Shown here piece by piece: positions 1 through 8,926 of a stretch of DNA of 64,000 nt. The stretch's first letter is position 1. Each line of letters begins with the position of its first letter. The stretch is from an uncultured Acidobacteriota bacterium (GTDB lineage: Bacteria > Acidobacteriota > Terriglobia > Terriglobales > Acidobacteriaceae): assembly GCA_963838785.1 (NCBI GenBank), contig CAWISI010000003.1, positions 55,429 to 119,428 on the forward strand, given 5' to 3'. The notes below the pieces were generated by a model. It saw only the letters and a program-made list of their open reading frames with translations. It ran no database searches and was not told where the DNA came from. A program made the translations under genes and the position numbers.

Positions 1-706
1 GGCAATCACCCGCGCCAGACCTTCATGATTAAAGGCAGCCAGGTCTTCGGCTGAGCCGCCGCCGCGGGCGATGATGATCACGTCAACATTCTTTACCCGA
101 TTGAAATATTTGATTCCGCTGGTGACGTCAGAAGCCGCGCTCTCTCCCTGCACTTGTGCCGGGAAAATGAGAATGGTGGCGCTGTGGTGGCGGCGGTGCA
201 AAATATTCAGAATGTCGCGCAGCGCGGCGGCCTGAGGCGAAGTCACGATTCCGATGCAGCGCGGCAAGGCAGGAATCGGTTTTTTGCGAGCAAGCGTCGA
301 AAAGCCCTTCTGCCTGGAGCTTGGCCTTGAGTTGCTCGAATGCGATCTGCAACGCGCCCGCGCCTTTGGGTTCCAGATATTCGGCTGAAAGTTGCAATTC
401 GCCGCGGCCTTCGAAAACCGTCACCCGGCCACGCAGGACGACTTGCATTCCATCTTCCGGGCGAAAACGCAGCAACCTCGCCTGCGAACGAAACATCACC
501 GCGCGAATCTGCGAATTCTGATCTTTCAGCGTGAAATAAAAATGGCCGGAATCGTGGGCGCGAAAGTTGGAGATTTCGCCTTCCACCCAGACGTCGCTAT
601 ATTCCCGCTCGAGGCGAGTGCGAACCGCGGCAACCAGCTCGCGAACGATCCAGACCTTACGTGCCGGGGCAGAGAAAGTGAGGCCAAGTTGGTCGGCGGA
701 AGCCAC
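1..706 (-). CDS. xseA: Exodeoxyribonuclease VII large subunit, N-terminal part (runs off left edge); frame broken near 280-285
   Basis: ORF 128..706 begins with an OB-fold XseA-like N-terminus (VWVEGEISNFRAHDSGHFYFTLKD). A second frame over 1..285 reads KKPIPALPRCIGIVTSPQAAALRDIL...ARGGGSAEDLAAFNHEGLARVIA, typical of the XseA catalytic core. The break coincides with a T6/A6 run. Confidence 0.8.
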
Positions 707-768
707 TCACTGGAGTTTATCGAAATTCAATTGGCCAGTGATAGGCACGAAACCAGGCGGACTACAAA

Positions 769-951
769 TCAGCCTATGATCACGCGGTGTAGATTTGGGG
801 AATCATGCACCAGCGTGCCAACTGAGCCGCCAGTCTGCTTCTGTTCGTCTACGAATGTGCATACCAGGCGCAGGCCTTGCACTTCCTGCTGCAACTTACG
901 CAACTCGGCTTCTTTGCGACGAAGAACTTCGGCTGGGTTTTTCATGGGCAT
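769..951 (-). CDS. Small coiled-coil protein of unknown function (paralog of 39556..39843)
   Basis: 60-aa ORF MPMKNPAEVLRRKEAELRKLQQEVQGLRLV. The N-terminal heptad-like segment matches the N-terminus of ORF 39556..39843. Confidence 0.45.
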   Translation of the reverse strand: MPMKNPAEVLRRKEAELRKLQQEVQGLRLVCTFVDEQKQTGGSVGTLVHDSPNLHRVIIG

Positions 952-1037
952 CCTCTAGGGGAGGGCCTAGGTGAGCACTCTACGGGCTGGGAGGGCTGCG
1001 GGAAACATCACAAAAGTACAGTCCCGGATTGCAGCTT

Positions 1038-1481
1038 TCAGTGGCCGAGGTGGTACGGATGCCCCTTCAAAATAGTGAACGCCCGATAGAGCTGCTCGAG
1101 CAAAACCACGCGCGCCAGTTCATGGGCGATAGTCATCTTTCCAAGAGACAGGGTGAAATCGGCATGAGTTCGGGTGTTCTCGGCAAAGCCGTCGGCGGGG
1201 CCAATGGCAAATAGCAGCGGCGTTGGATTGCGGTCTTGATGGGCGCGGATGAACTGCGCCAACTCTTCCGAAGAGAGCTGCTTTCCGCGGGAATCGAGCT
1301 GTACGAGATAGCGACGGGGATTTTTTCCTTCCTGGCCGGAGAGTTTTAGCAGAGCAGCTTCATCTTTGAGCGAAACGCCGTCAACTTCGGCATACTGCTT
1401 GAGACGCTTGAGGTATTCGTCGCCGAGCGACTGGATTGCGGGATGTTTGGTCTTGCCGATCCATGCGATGGTGAGCTTCAC
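1038..1481 (-). CDS. rlmH: 23S rRNA (pseudouridine1915-N3)-methyltransferase RlmH (GTG start)
   Basis: 147 aa with a SPOUT/RlmH pattern (LLFAIGPADGF...LSLGKMTIAHELARVVLLEQLYRAFTILKGHPYH). Sits in conserved synteny with rsfS and nadD. Confidence 0.85.
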   Translation of the reverse strand: MKLTIAWIGKTKHPAIQSLGDEYLKRLKQYAEVDGVSLKDEAALLKLSGQEGKNPRRYLVQLDSRGKQLSSEELAQFIRAHQDRNPTPLLFAIGPADGFAENTRTHADFTLSLGKMTIAHELARVVLLEQLYRAFTILKGHPYHLGH

Positions 1482-1559
1482 GAGAGTGAAAAAAGGAGTG
1501 TCGGCGTTCCCGGTCTTGTTCTTCTCAGCGTTCTCGAATTAAAGCTTTTACTTTTTAAT

Positions 1560-2015
1560 TTATGCCGGCTTCTTCGCACGCGAGCGTACAGCAGCGCGCT
1601 TGCGCGGCTTGGCGACAAAGTCAGCCGGCTCGATTTTCTTTGCCGACTTCCAGAGCCTTTCGAGATCGTAATACTTGCGAGCCGTCTCGGAAAAAATGTG
1701 AACCACAAAATCCACGTAGTCGATCAGCACCCAGTCACCCTGGCGGTGACCTTCAATATTGTTGGGATAAAGTCCGGAACGCTTCAGCCGCAGCTCGACT
1801 TCATCCGAGATGGCCTGCACCTGCCGGGGATTGGTGCCGCTGCAGATCAGAAAATAGTCGGTGAAGGCTCCGGAGTTCTGGTCCATCTCGAGGACGATGA
1901 TCTGCTCGGCCTTCTTGTCTTCGCAGGCCGCGAGGGCAAGCGTGACCTGGCTCTTCAGTTCGTTTTTCTTCTTGAGATCGGCTTTCTTCGAATCAGTCTT
2001 CTTCATGCGAGTCAT
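1560..2015 (-). CDS. rsfS: Ribosome silencing factor RsfS (iojap family)
   Basis: Core motif DYFLICSGTNPRQVQAISDEV...GDWVLIDYVDFVVHIFSETARKYYDLERLW. The ORF is open to 2105, but that would overlap nadD, so I chose the Met at 2015. The start is uncertain (2060 is also possible). Confidence 0.75.
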   Translation of the reverse strand: MTRMKKTDSKKADLKKKNELKSQVTLALAACEDKKAEQIIVLEMDQNSGAFTDYFLICSGTNPRQVQAISDEVELRLKRSGLYPNNIEGHRQGDWVLIDYVDFVVHIFSETARKYYDLERLWKSAKKIEPADFVAKPRKRAAVRSRAKKPA

Positions 2016-2049
2016 CGGCCTGTGGCCAATACCTTCGATCGTTGGCCAG

Positions 2050-2757
2050 CTAGCCACCATACAATCCTTCTTTCTTGATGTATTCTTCCACACTTTCCGG
2101 AACAAATTTCTTGATCGGGCGTTTGGCGGCGAGAGCTTGACGAATAGCGGTCGCCGATATGTTCTGGTTCACATTGTCGAGTAGATGCAAGGTGAGGCCG
2201 GGCAGCACCAGGTCTCCGGCAGCGGGCTGCTTCGCAAAAGGCTTGCTGACCTCAGCGCGCGGCCGCAATTTTTCGGGAAGCGACGCAGCTACATCGGCCA
2301 GCGAAAACCCCGGACGACTTGCCACGATGAACTCGCACTCGGCGAACAGAGCTTCCGCCTCACGCCATTTGGCAATGTCTTTGAACGCGTCCACTCCGAT
2401 CAGGAAAAAAAGACGGTCGGCTTTTTTTAGCGACTGCTTCACCTTGCGAATGGTGTCAATGCTGTAATTCGGCGAGGACGCCACACTGCCGCGCGCACTT
2501 TTTTTGTCGTGCAAAACGAATTCGCCGGGAGATTCAAGCAGCGAAGGAATAAAAGCCTTTTCGTCCTGCGTAGCCAAGGCGGTCATGGCGTAACGATGAA
2601 AGTAAGAGGCGGCCGGCTGCGTAGTTTTGTGCGGCGGAACATTGGTGGGAACAAAATAAATCTTTCCCAGATGGCAGCGTTCGCGAGCCGAGGCCGCCAG
2701 CGCCAGATGGCCCTTGTGTATGGGATCGAAGGTGCCGCCGAAAAGGCCGATGTTCAT
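2050..2757 (-). CDS. nadD: Nicotinate-nucleotide adenylyltransferase NadD
   Basis: N-terminus MNIGLFGGTFDPIHKGHL (HxGH nucleotidyltransferase motif); 235 aa, intact. Confidence 0.88.
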   Translation of the reverse strand: MNIGLFGGTFDPIHKGHLALAASARERCHLGKIYFVPTNVPPHKTTQPAASYFHRYAMTALATQDEKAFIPSLLESPGEFVLHDKKSARGSVASSPNYSIDTIRKVKQSLKKADRLFFLIGVDAFKDIAKWREAEALFAECEFIVASRPGFSLADVAASLPEKLRPRAEVSKPFAKQPAAGDLVLPGLTLHLLDNVNQNISATAIRQALAAKRPIKKFVPESVEEYIKKEGLYGG

Positions 2758-2763
2758 AAGATT

Positions 2764-2790
2764 CGTCGTGCGTCGTTCGTCGTGCGTCGT
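2764..2790 (-). promoter_or_regulatory. Tandem ACGACGCACGACG 13-mer pair (sense orientation) 6 nt upstream of the nadD ATG
   Basis: 27 nt identical to 4598..4624. Read on the minus strand it is ACGACGCACGACG-A-ACGACGCACGACG. Confidence 0.6.
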
Positions 2791-2844
2791 GGCTGAATGG
2801 AAAACTGCCGTCGGTCGTTGTCGGCCATCGCCGGTAAAAAGCTG

Positions 2845-3231
2845 TCAGCGGATTACATGGACTTTGATTGGCAGCTTCAGATTTTTCCAGGACTTATCCG
2901 CGGTATAAATTGGCGCTCCCAGCGAAATGCCGAGGGCCAGACAAGCTCGGTCGCCCAGAGACAACCCTAACGCCCGCGTTTGAGAGACTAAACTTCCAGT
3001 GATTTCAGCGTGCGCGACGGTAAAATCCAAGGCTTTATTCACCGAACTCAGCGCTGCTTCCCAAGCGTCGGCGGCATTGATGCCGTAGTCCACCAATTTG
3101 CTCTGGACTTCGGCCAGGTTCACCGCGCTGCTGACGGCGGCTTCCATGATCGCCGGGGTCAGCTTCTCGCTACCTGCCTCACTATTGAGCGCGACCAAAA
3201 TTGCGGATGCATCCAGAACGACGGTGTTCAT
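2845..3231 (-). CDS. vapC: PIN-domain ribonuclease toxin VapC
   Basis: 128 aa starting MNTVVLDASAILVAL (PIN N-terminal Asp). It has later acidic positions and a 4-nt overlap with the upstream antitoxin ORF. Confidence 0.7.
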   Translation of the reverse strand: MNTVVLDASAILVALNSEAGSEKLTPAIMEAAVSSAVNLAEVQSKLVDYGINAADAWEAALSSVNKALDFTVAHAEITGSLVSQTRALGLSLGDRACLALGISLGAPIYTADKSWKNLKLPIKVHVIR

Positions 3232-3485
3232 CGTTCTTTTCGGGCAGTTTCACGACGATCTTTAATTAACTCGTCAGCCAGAGACCTGCCGGGATTTACG
3301 TACTTCCGCACTAATCGGCGCGCCCGCTCCAAACGATGTTTTGCGGTGGTGATTCTTAATTCGTTTTCCTGCAAGCGCAGTACGATTTCATCGCCGGCAC
3401 CGATTCCGAGTGCCTTGCGGAACTGCGCCGGAATAACCACCCGTCCATTTTCGTTTACCACCAGCCGCGCTTCTTCCATTTCCAT
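3228..3485 (-). CDS. vapB: AbrB/SpoVT-fold antitoxin (VapB-type)
   Basis: 85 aa with a swapped-hairpin motif: GRVVIPAQFRKALGIGAGDEIVLRLQENELRI. Its stop overlaps the vapC start. Confidence 0.7.
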   Translation of the reverse strand: MEMEEARLVVNENGRVVIPAQFRKALGIGAGDEIVLRLQENELRITTAKHRLERARRLVRKYVNPGRSLADELIKDRRETARKER

Positions 3486-3539
3486 GACATCATTTTAGCA
3501 TAATGTCACAGGTTCCAAGAAATGGCACTGACTTATTGA

Positions 3540-4583
3540 TTATGACACCTGTTCTGCCTTCGCGGGATGCTCGCTCCTCACTTCTTCTACCTTCTCCGCC
3601 ATTGCGTATTTCAATTTTTCGATGCCCTCCCCGGTGACTGCGGAGATAGGAAAGAATTCGAGGTCGTGCGACTTCGCATAGCGCTTGAGCTTCGCAAGTT
3701 TCGTCTTATTGGCGACGTCGATTTTCGATGCTGCTACGATCATGGGTTTATTTTCCAGTCCGGCGCCAAAGCTGCTGAGCTCGCCCATGATGACTTCGAA
3801 ATCTTTGCCTGGATCCGGACGGCCGCTCGCGTCAGAAATGTCGACCAAGTGCACCAGCAAGCGCGTGCGCTCAACGTGACGCAGAAATTGCGTGCCGAGG
3901 CCCGCGCCTTGGTGCGCGCCTTCGATCAGGCCGGGAATGTCGGCAACCAGGAAACTGATTTCGTGGGCCGGGTCGCCAACTGCCACCACTCCAAGATTTG
4001 GTTCGAGCGTGGTAAACGGGTAGTCGGCAATCTTCGGGCGCGCGGCCGAAATTCGTGAAATCAAAGTCGATTTGCCGGCGTTCGGATAACCGACCAGCCC
4101 AACATCGGCCAGCAGCTTGAGTTCAAGGCGCAGGGTGCGCTCTTCGCCGGGACGTCCGTCTTCATGCTCTCGCGGAGCCTGATGCACCGAAGTTTTGAAT
4201 TGCGCGTTGCCGCGGCCCCCGCGCCCGCCGCGAGCAATCACCAGGCGATCGTCTGGCGAGGAAAAATCGTGAACTACCTCGCCCGAGTCGGCGTCATAAA
4301 CAATGGTTCCGACCGGAACTTTGAGTACAACGTCTTCACCCTCGCGTCCGGTGCAGTTCGAGCCTTCGCCGTGACGCCCGCGCTGCGCCTTGTATTCGGG
4401 ATTAAAACGAAAATGCACCAGCGTATTGTGGCGCTCGCTGGATTCCATGATGACGTCGCCGCCCTTGCCGCCGTCGCCACCGGAGGGCCCGCCGCGCGGA
4501 ACGAACTTCTCCCTGCGGAAGGCAAGGCAGCCATTGCCGCCGTCGCCGGCTTTGATTCGGATTGTGGCCTCGTCGATGAACAT
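3540..4583 (-). CDS. obg: GTPase Obg/CgtA
   Basis: [27 protein letters not shown] (Obg fold), G1 GYPNAGKST, and a DIPGLIEGA switch. The ORF is open to 4592 (TTG); the ATG at 4583 gives the canonical MFIDEA start. Confidence 0.9.
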   Translation of the reverse strand: MFIDEATIRIKAGDGGNGCLAFRREKFVPRGGPSGGDGGKGGDVIMESSERHNTLVHFRFNPEYKAQRGRHGEGSNCTGREGEDVVLKVPVGTIVYDADSGEVVHDFSSPDDRLVIARGGRGGRGNAQFKTSVHQAPREHEDGRPGEERTLRLELKLLADVGLVGYPNAGKSTLISRISAARPKIADYPFTTLEPNLGVVAVGDPAHEISFLVADIPGLIEGAHQGAGLGTQFLRHVERTRLLVHLVDISDASGRPDPGKDFEVIMGELSSFGAGLENKPMIVAASKIDVANKTKLAKLKRYAKSHDLEFFPISAVTGEGIEKLKYAMAEKVEEVRSEHPAKAEQVS

Positions 4584-4597
4584 GAATGTCAAAAAAA

Positions 4598-4624
4598 CGT
4601 CGTGCGTCGTTCGTCGTGCGTCGT
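4598..4624 (-). promoter_or_regulatory. Tandem ACGACGCACGACG 13-mer pair 14 nt upstream of the obg ATG
   Basis: Exact 27-nt copy of 2764..2790. It is followed on the plus strand by related GGTCGTCGG repeats (4640..4676), as at the nadD locus (2812..2830). Confidence 0.6.
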
Positions 4625-4713
4625 TGGCCGCGCCGGCTTGTCGTCGGTCCTCGGTCGTCGGACTTCGGTCGTCGGCACAAACAAGCTGTTCGACCTTACT
4701 TAATACAATTCAA

Positions 4714-4743
4714 ACACAAAAATGCTCCGGCGATGCGCCGGAG
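4714..4743 (-). terminator. Rho-independent terminator after rpmA
   Basis: Perfect 8-bp GC stem CTCCGGCG-cat-CGCCGGAG (4725..4743), followed on the minus strand by CATTTTTGTGTTT. Confidence 0.65.
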
Positions 4744-4754
4744 CTTTGGTTTAC

Positions 4755-4790
4755 CTGATGGCTGATGGCTGAGAGCTGACGGCTGAAAGC
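4755..4790. repeat. GCTGA-heptad repeat; contains the 19-nt arm (4768..4786) of an inverted repeat bracketing rpmA
   Basis: ctgatggctgatggctgagagctgacggctgaaagc. Positions 4768..4786 are the exact reverse complement of 5093..5111. Confidence 0.85.
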
Positions 4791-5053
4791 TATTTCGCTT
4801 CCAGTGGTTCGATCATCACGAACTTGCCCATCGAGCCGCGGTCCTTAAATACGATTTTGCCGCTGATCTTGGCGAACAAAGTGTCATCTTTGCCGCGACC
4901 AACATTGAGCCCCGGCTTTACTCGGGTGCCGCGCTGGCGAACGATAATGGTGCCTCCGGGGACGGTCTGCCCGCCGAATGCTTTGAATCCCAGCCGCTGC
5001 GCGTTTGAGTCGCGTCCGTTTCGTGAACTGCCTAATCCTTTTTTGTGTGCCAT
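4790..5053 (-). CDS. rpmA: 50S ribosomal protein L27
   Basis: [43 protein letters not shown] is the canonical L27 sequence. Confidence 0.95.
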   Translation of the reverse strand: MAHKKGLGSSRNGRDSNAQRLGFKAFGGQTVPGGTIIVRQRGTRVKPGLNVGRGKDDTLFAKISGKIVFKDRGSMGKFVMIEPLEAK

Positions 5054-5057
5054 GAAA

Positions 5058-5111
5058 TCAGCTCCTAGCTCTTAGCTTCGAGCTGCCAGCCATCAGCCGT
5101 CAGCTCTCAGC
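5058..5111. repeat. AGCT/GCTGA-heptad repeat; contains the second 19-nt arm (5093..5111)
   Basis: tcagctcctagctcttagcttcgagctgccagccatcagccgtcagctctcagc. It overlaps the last codons and the stop of rplU. Confidence 0.85.
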
Positions 5112-5609
5112 TAAATCAAGTGCAAACTTTACGTCTTCTTCTGTACTCTTTCTTGGCCGCGTGCTTTTTCGGAGCGGCTGCCTTTTTCTTTGCCGCCGGT
5201 TTTGAGTCTTGGCCTCGGCCTTGTCTTCGGTGTGCGCTTTTGGTACTTTCTTCGGCTTCGCGGCCTTCTTGGGCAGTTCCGGCGCGCTGAACTTCTGGCC
5301 GTCGAATGCGATCTCGGTGATCCGCACATTGCTGAAGGGCTGGCGGTGCCCGGCGATCTTCTTGTACTGCTTTTTCTTTTTGTAGTGGAAGACCAGAATC
5401 TTCTTGGCGCGGCCCTCGTTGAGTATCTCGCCCGTGACCAGCGCCTTCGACTCGGGGCGCAGAATTTCGCCCGCATTCGCCGATACCGCCAACACATCGT
5501 TGAATTCCACTGTTCCATTGCTTCCAGCCTGGGTTTCCAGGCGAAGCACATCTCCGGGCGCCACCCGATACTGCTTACCGCCAGCGCGGATCACCGCGTA
5601 CATACTCAT
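5100..5609 (-). CDS. rplU: 50S ribosomal protein L21 with Lys-rich C-terminal extension
   Basis: MYAVIRAGGKQYRVAPGDVLRLE...ILVFHYKKKKQYKKIAGHRQPFSNVRITEI, followed by a basic tail. The last 4 codons are encoded by the repeat. Confidence 0.9.
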   Translation of the reverse strand: MSMYAVIRAGGKQYRVAPGDVLRLETQAGSNGTVEFNDVLAVSANAGEILRPESKALVTGEILNEGRAKKILVFHYKKKKQYKKIAGHRQPFSNVRITEIAFDGQKFSAPELPKKAAKPKKVPKAHTEDKAEAKTQNRRQRKRQPLRKSTRPRKSTEEDVKFALDLAES

Positions 5610-5890
5610 GCCTCCAATTGCTCAGGAACTACGGATCTGGAAGACAAACTTGTCCAGCATTCCGCCCGTGAGCAATTCTAAATTTTGTGCGCTTGCTGTT
5701 GTCCCGCGCCGGTCTCAGTGTTCCCGACAGTAACGGACGGCCCTAACCGAGGTCCCGAAACGCATTTTCGCGCTGAGGTGGAAGAACAGAGCCGCAAGTA
5801 CAGGCAAACTCAATTAGTTTAACGTGATGAGAGGAATACGGTCAAACGCGGACGCGGCCCCAATCTGCTGCTTAATGACAGCTATCATAA

Positions 5891-6124
5891 ATGGCATCGG
5901 AGGTATTGCGAGAAGCCATGGCGTTTCCGATCAAAGTATGCGTTGTCTGTTCTGAGGAATTTGAACTGAAGCCCGGCAAACCGGGATTTGCCAATCGCTG
6001 CCCGGCGTGCAGCGAAGACGAGACCGCGGGCAATTCGGCGAATTCAGGCAGTGTCAAAGATAAGGGCCTGAACGAGGAGCGCAGGAAAGCCATGCGGGAC
6101 TTGCTTTACCGAAAGGACTCATAG
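5891..6124 (+). CDS. Small zinc-ribbon protein (CxxC...CxxC), unknown function
   Basis: 77 aa with CVVCSEEFELKPGKPGFANRCPACSED. No family recognised. Confidence 0.4.
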   Translation: MASEVLREAMAFPIKVCVVCSEEFELKPGKPGFANRCPACSEDETAGNSANSGSVKDKGLNEERRKAMRDLLYRKDS

Positions 6125-6157
6125 CAGCATTCCGGATCGGGAGCCTAATCACGGGTT

Positions 6158-6568
6158 GTGGCGAACAACTACTCTCAAACCGTCCAGCATCAAAGTCGAC
6201 GATCAATGGACCGCCTTAGACATCATCTTCTTCCGTTAATTTTGCTGCTGCTCGCGCTCGCGGGCTGCACCAGGCAGCAAAACCCTCAACAGCTCAAAGA
6301 GGAAACTGCGCGGGCCACGGAAGAAATGAAGCGAGATGCGCGAGCCGTCGCCTCGGGTATACGCGAAGGATGGAGCCGCGATAAGCCGCTGGATTTGAAT
6401 TCCGCCACCAAAGACGACCTGCTGAATCTTCCGCGTTTAACCTCGGCAGAAGCCGACCGCGTGATCGCGGCGCGCCCGTACCAGCAGGTGAGCGATTTAT
6501 TGACGCGGCGAATCATCCGCAAGCCGGAGTACGACAAAATCGCCGACCTGGTCAAAGTCAAGAAATAA
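6158..6568 (+). CDS. ComEA-like helix-hairpin-helix lipoprotein
   Basis: Lipobox LLLALAGC, then LDLNSATKDDLLNLPRLTSAEADRVIAARPY (HhH DNA-binding motif). Confidence 0.6.
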   Translation: MANNYSQTVQHQSRRSMDRLRHHLLPLILLLLALAGCTRQQNPQQLKEETARATEEMKRDARAVASGIREGWSRDKPLDLNSATKDDLLNLPRLTSAEADRVIAARPYQQVSDLLTRRIIRKPEYDKIADLVKVKK

Positions 6569-6613
6569 TCAGGTTTTCAGTTCGGGTAGTTAGAAACTGA
6601 ACTCTTCTTCAGC

Positions 6614-8926
6614 CTATTGCGGGGTCAGCGTTTCTTCGATCGCGACTTTCTCGCCTTCCTGCACATCGACCACCCGATGCAGGGTGCGATAGCCGGACAT
6701 GTTGAGCATGATCTCGTAAGTGCCGGGGTTGAGATAGAAATCGAACGGGGCAGTTTTCTCAAGCACGCGGTTATTGACCATGATCTGCGCGCCCTTGGGT
6801 TGGGTCTTGATGCTCACGATCCCCATGCTGGCGGATTCGCCACGGCCAAACACTTTTTTGAATTTCCCGCCGGCGCTGCGAATGTCGTCAGTGTTCGCCC
6901 AGGATCTTGAGCTGAGCGTTCACGTTGGCGGACTTGCCCGGACTGAACGCTCACCGTGCTGGTGTCGTCCAGGTAGCCGGTGCGTTTGATCAGCAACCGT
7001 GTGCGCGCCCGGGCCGGTCGAATGAAAACAATGTCGGAGTCAGTCGGCCGGTGTCGCGGCCATCGATCACGATCACCGCTCCCGCCGGCGTGCTTGAAAC
7101 CATCAGAGTCGTAGCTGCAACCGCATTCAGTTGCAGCGCTACGGTCGAAGCGCCGCCTCGCAAGGTAATCGTGCGGCTCGCAGAGGTAAATCCGCTTTGG
7201 CGGCGGCGACGATGTGCTGGCCCGGAGCGATGTCAGTCAGGGTGCACGGGCTCTGGCAAAGCGGGCTGCCGTCAAAGGTGATCTGCGCTCCGGCTGGAAC
7301 TGACGATACGGTGAGCTGCGCCAGCGCCGGGGCGACGACGGCGGCATGGGTCTTGCTGCGGCCATGGCGGTCTTCGTCCGGCGTTCGGTTTTTCCTCTTC
7401 CACGGTCAACGCAGGCTCATGCTCAATCGGAGGCGCGGCGTATCTCGACCGCAGGCTGGACAGGCGCTGGGGCAACCGCCGCTCGGCGGCGTATGTTTTG
7501 GGTGCGCGATCTGCGCCGGAGCTGTGCCGCGCCGGTTCCCCGCTGTCGTGATCTTCCAGATAATTGTGCATTGCCATTGCGCTGACAATGATGACAATGA
7601 GCGCAACCGCTCCGCCCACTCCGTACAAGATAAAGCTTGGGCGGGGTCTTACGAATTTCGGCAACGGCTTTTTGTGCAACTTCGCGGACCGGGATCGAGT
7701 GCTTCTCCGGAGCTTTCTTTGCGGTCGCAGGCAGGACCGGCGAGCATTGGCGGCACTTCATCGGTCGCAGAAGCTCGGCGAAATCGATGGCACATACGCT
7801 TCTTTCAGCGGAGGAAGCTCTTCGAGCTCCGAGAAGCTGGCCTTGTTGGCGGCAACCGGAGCCGCTTCATCCGGCTCGGCCATCATCGGATCTACGCTGA
7901 ATCTCGGGTTGAGTTGGAGGCTTCGCGGCCGCCGGAGCTGCCGGCTTCGGAGGGCCGGCGCCGGAGCTGCTGAGCTGACTGGCTTGGGCTGGGCTTCGCG
8001 GCCGGGGTCGGCGTGGGCTGGAACGCTCGGCTTGGGCGCAGGTTTTGCACCCACAGCCCGCAACGCGCAGCCTGAGCTTTGGGTTTCGCCGCGGCGGCCG
8101 GAGGCGCGGTCTTGGTCCGCTGGAATTGCATTGCTCGATTTCGCGCAGAAGGTCCTGGCAACTTTGAAAACGATTTTCGGGTGATTTCGAAATCGCCTTC
8201 ATGATCAGCGCACTCAAGCCATGGCTTAGATTAGGCTTTCGAGCCGATGCGGCAGAGGCGGTACTCGTATCCAGGATGGCGGACCGAACTTGCTCTGCGG
8301 TGTCTCCCTCAAAGGCTTTGCGCTCGGTCGCCATCTCATAGAGAATCGCGCCCAGACTGAAGAGCGCGGAGCGATGATCGCAGGCCTCGCCGCGCAATTG
8401 TTCCGGCGAAGTGTAATGCAGAACTTCAGGAACTTTCGTCGACACTCCGGTGAGCCCATTCATCGAGGAAATGCCGAAGCCCAAAACCTTCACCATGCCG
8501 TCCCACTGGACCATGATTTTCGCGGGCTCCAGCGAGTGATGAACGACTTTGTGCACCTGGGCGTGATCGAGCGCGTGGCAGATTTGCCGCGCGATGTCCT
8601 GCAAATCCCAGATGGAAAATCCATCTTTGCGGCTGAGCGTGGTAGCTATGGAGTTGCCCTGAACGTATTCGGCGCCGGCCAGAAGCTGGCCTTCTTCATC
8701 CCCACGCCATAAAGCACTGCGATGTTATGGCTGTTCAAAGGCTTCGAGCGGTCGGCTTCCTCAAAGACGGTCTTTGACCAGGGCGTCGCGGTCGGCAGGT
8801 TATTCAGCGCAACCGCTTTCAGCGCGATAATCTGCTGGTTTCCGTATCCAGCGCCTTGTACACAGTCGCAAACGCTGACTGCGACAGCTGGCTTTGGATC
8901 TCGAAACGTCCAATCTTGGTGGGCAT
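6614..8926 (-). CDS. Ser/Thr kinase-like protein (degenerate catalytic motifs) with Pro/Ala linker, TM helix and C-terminal PEGA domains; several frame breaks
   Basis: Start MPTKIGRFEIQS at 8926. The kinase fold spans ORF 7867..8604 (HYTSPEQLRGE, LGAILYEMATERKAF). The TM helix is in ORF 7272..7679 (ILYGVGGAVALIVIIVSAMAM). PEGA-like repeats (VSSVPAGAQITFDG, IKTQPKGAQIMVNNRV...PGTYEIML) run down to 6614. Confidence 0.7.

Noticed and set aside
7131-8184. Several 200-280-aa plus-strand ORFs rich in Ala, Arg and Gly.
   Set aside because: They are antisense to the linker and PEGA part of the kinase-like gene, and show no domain signatures.
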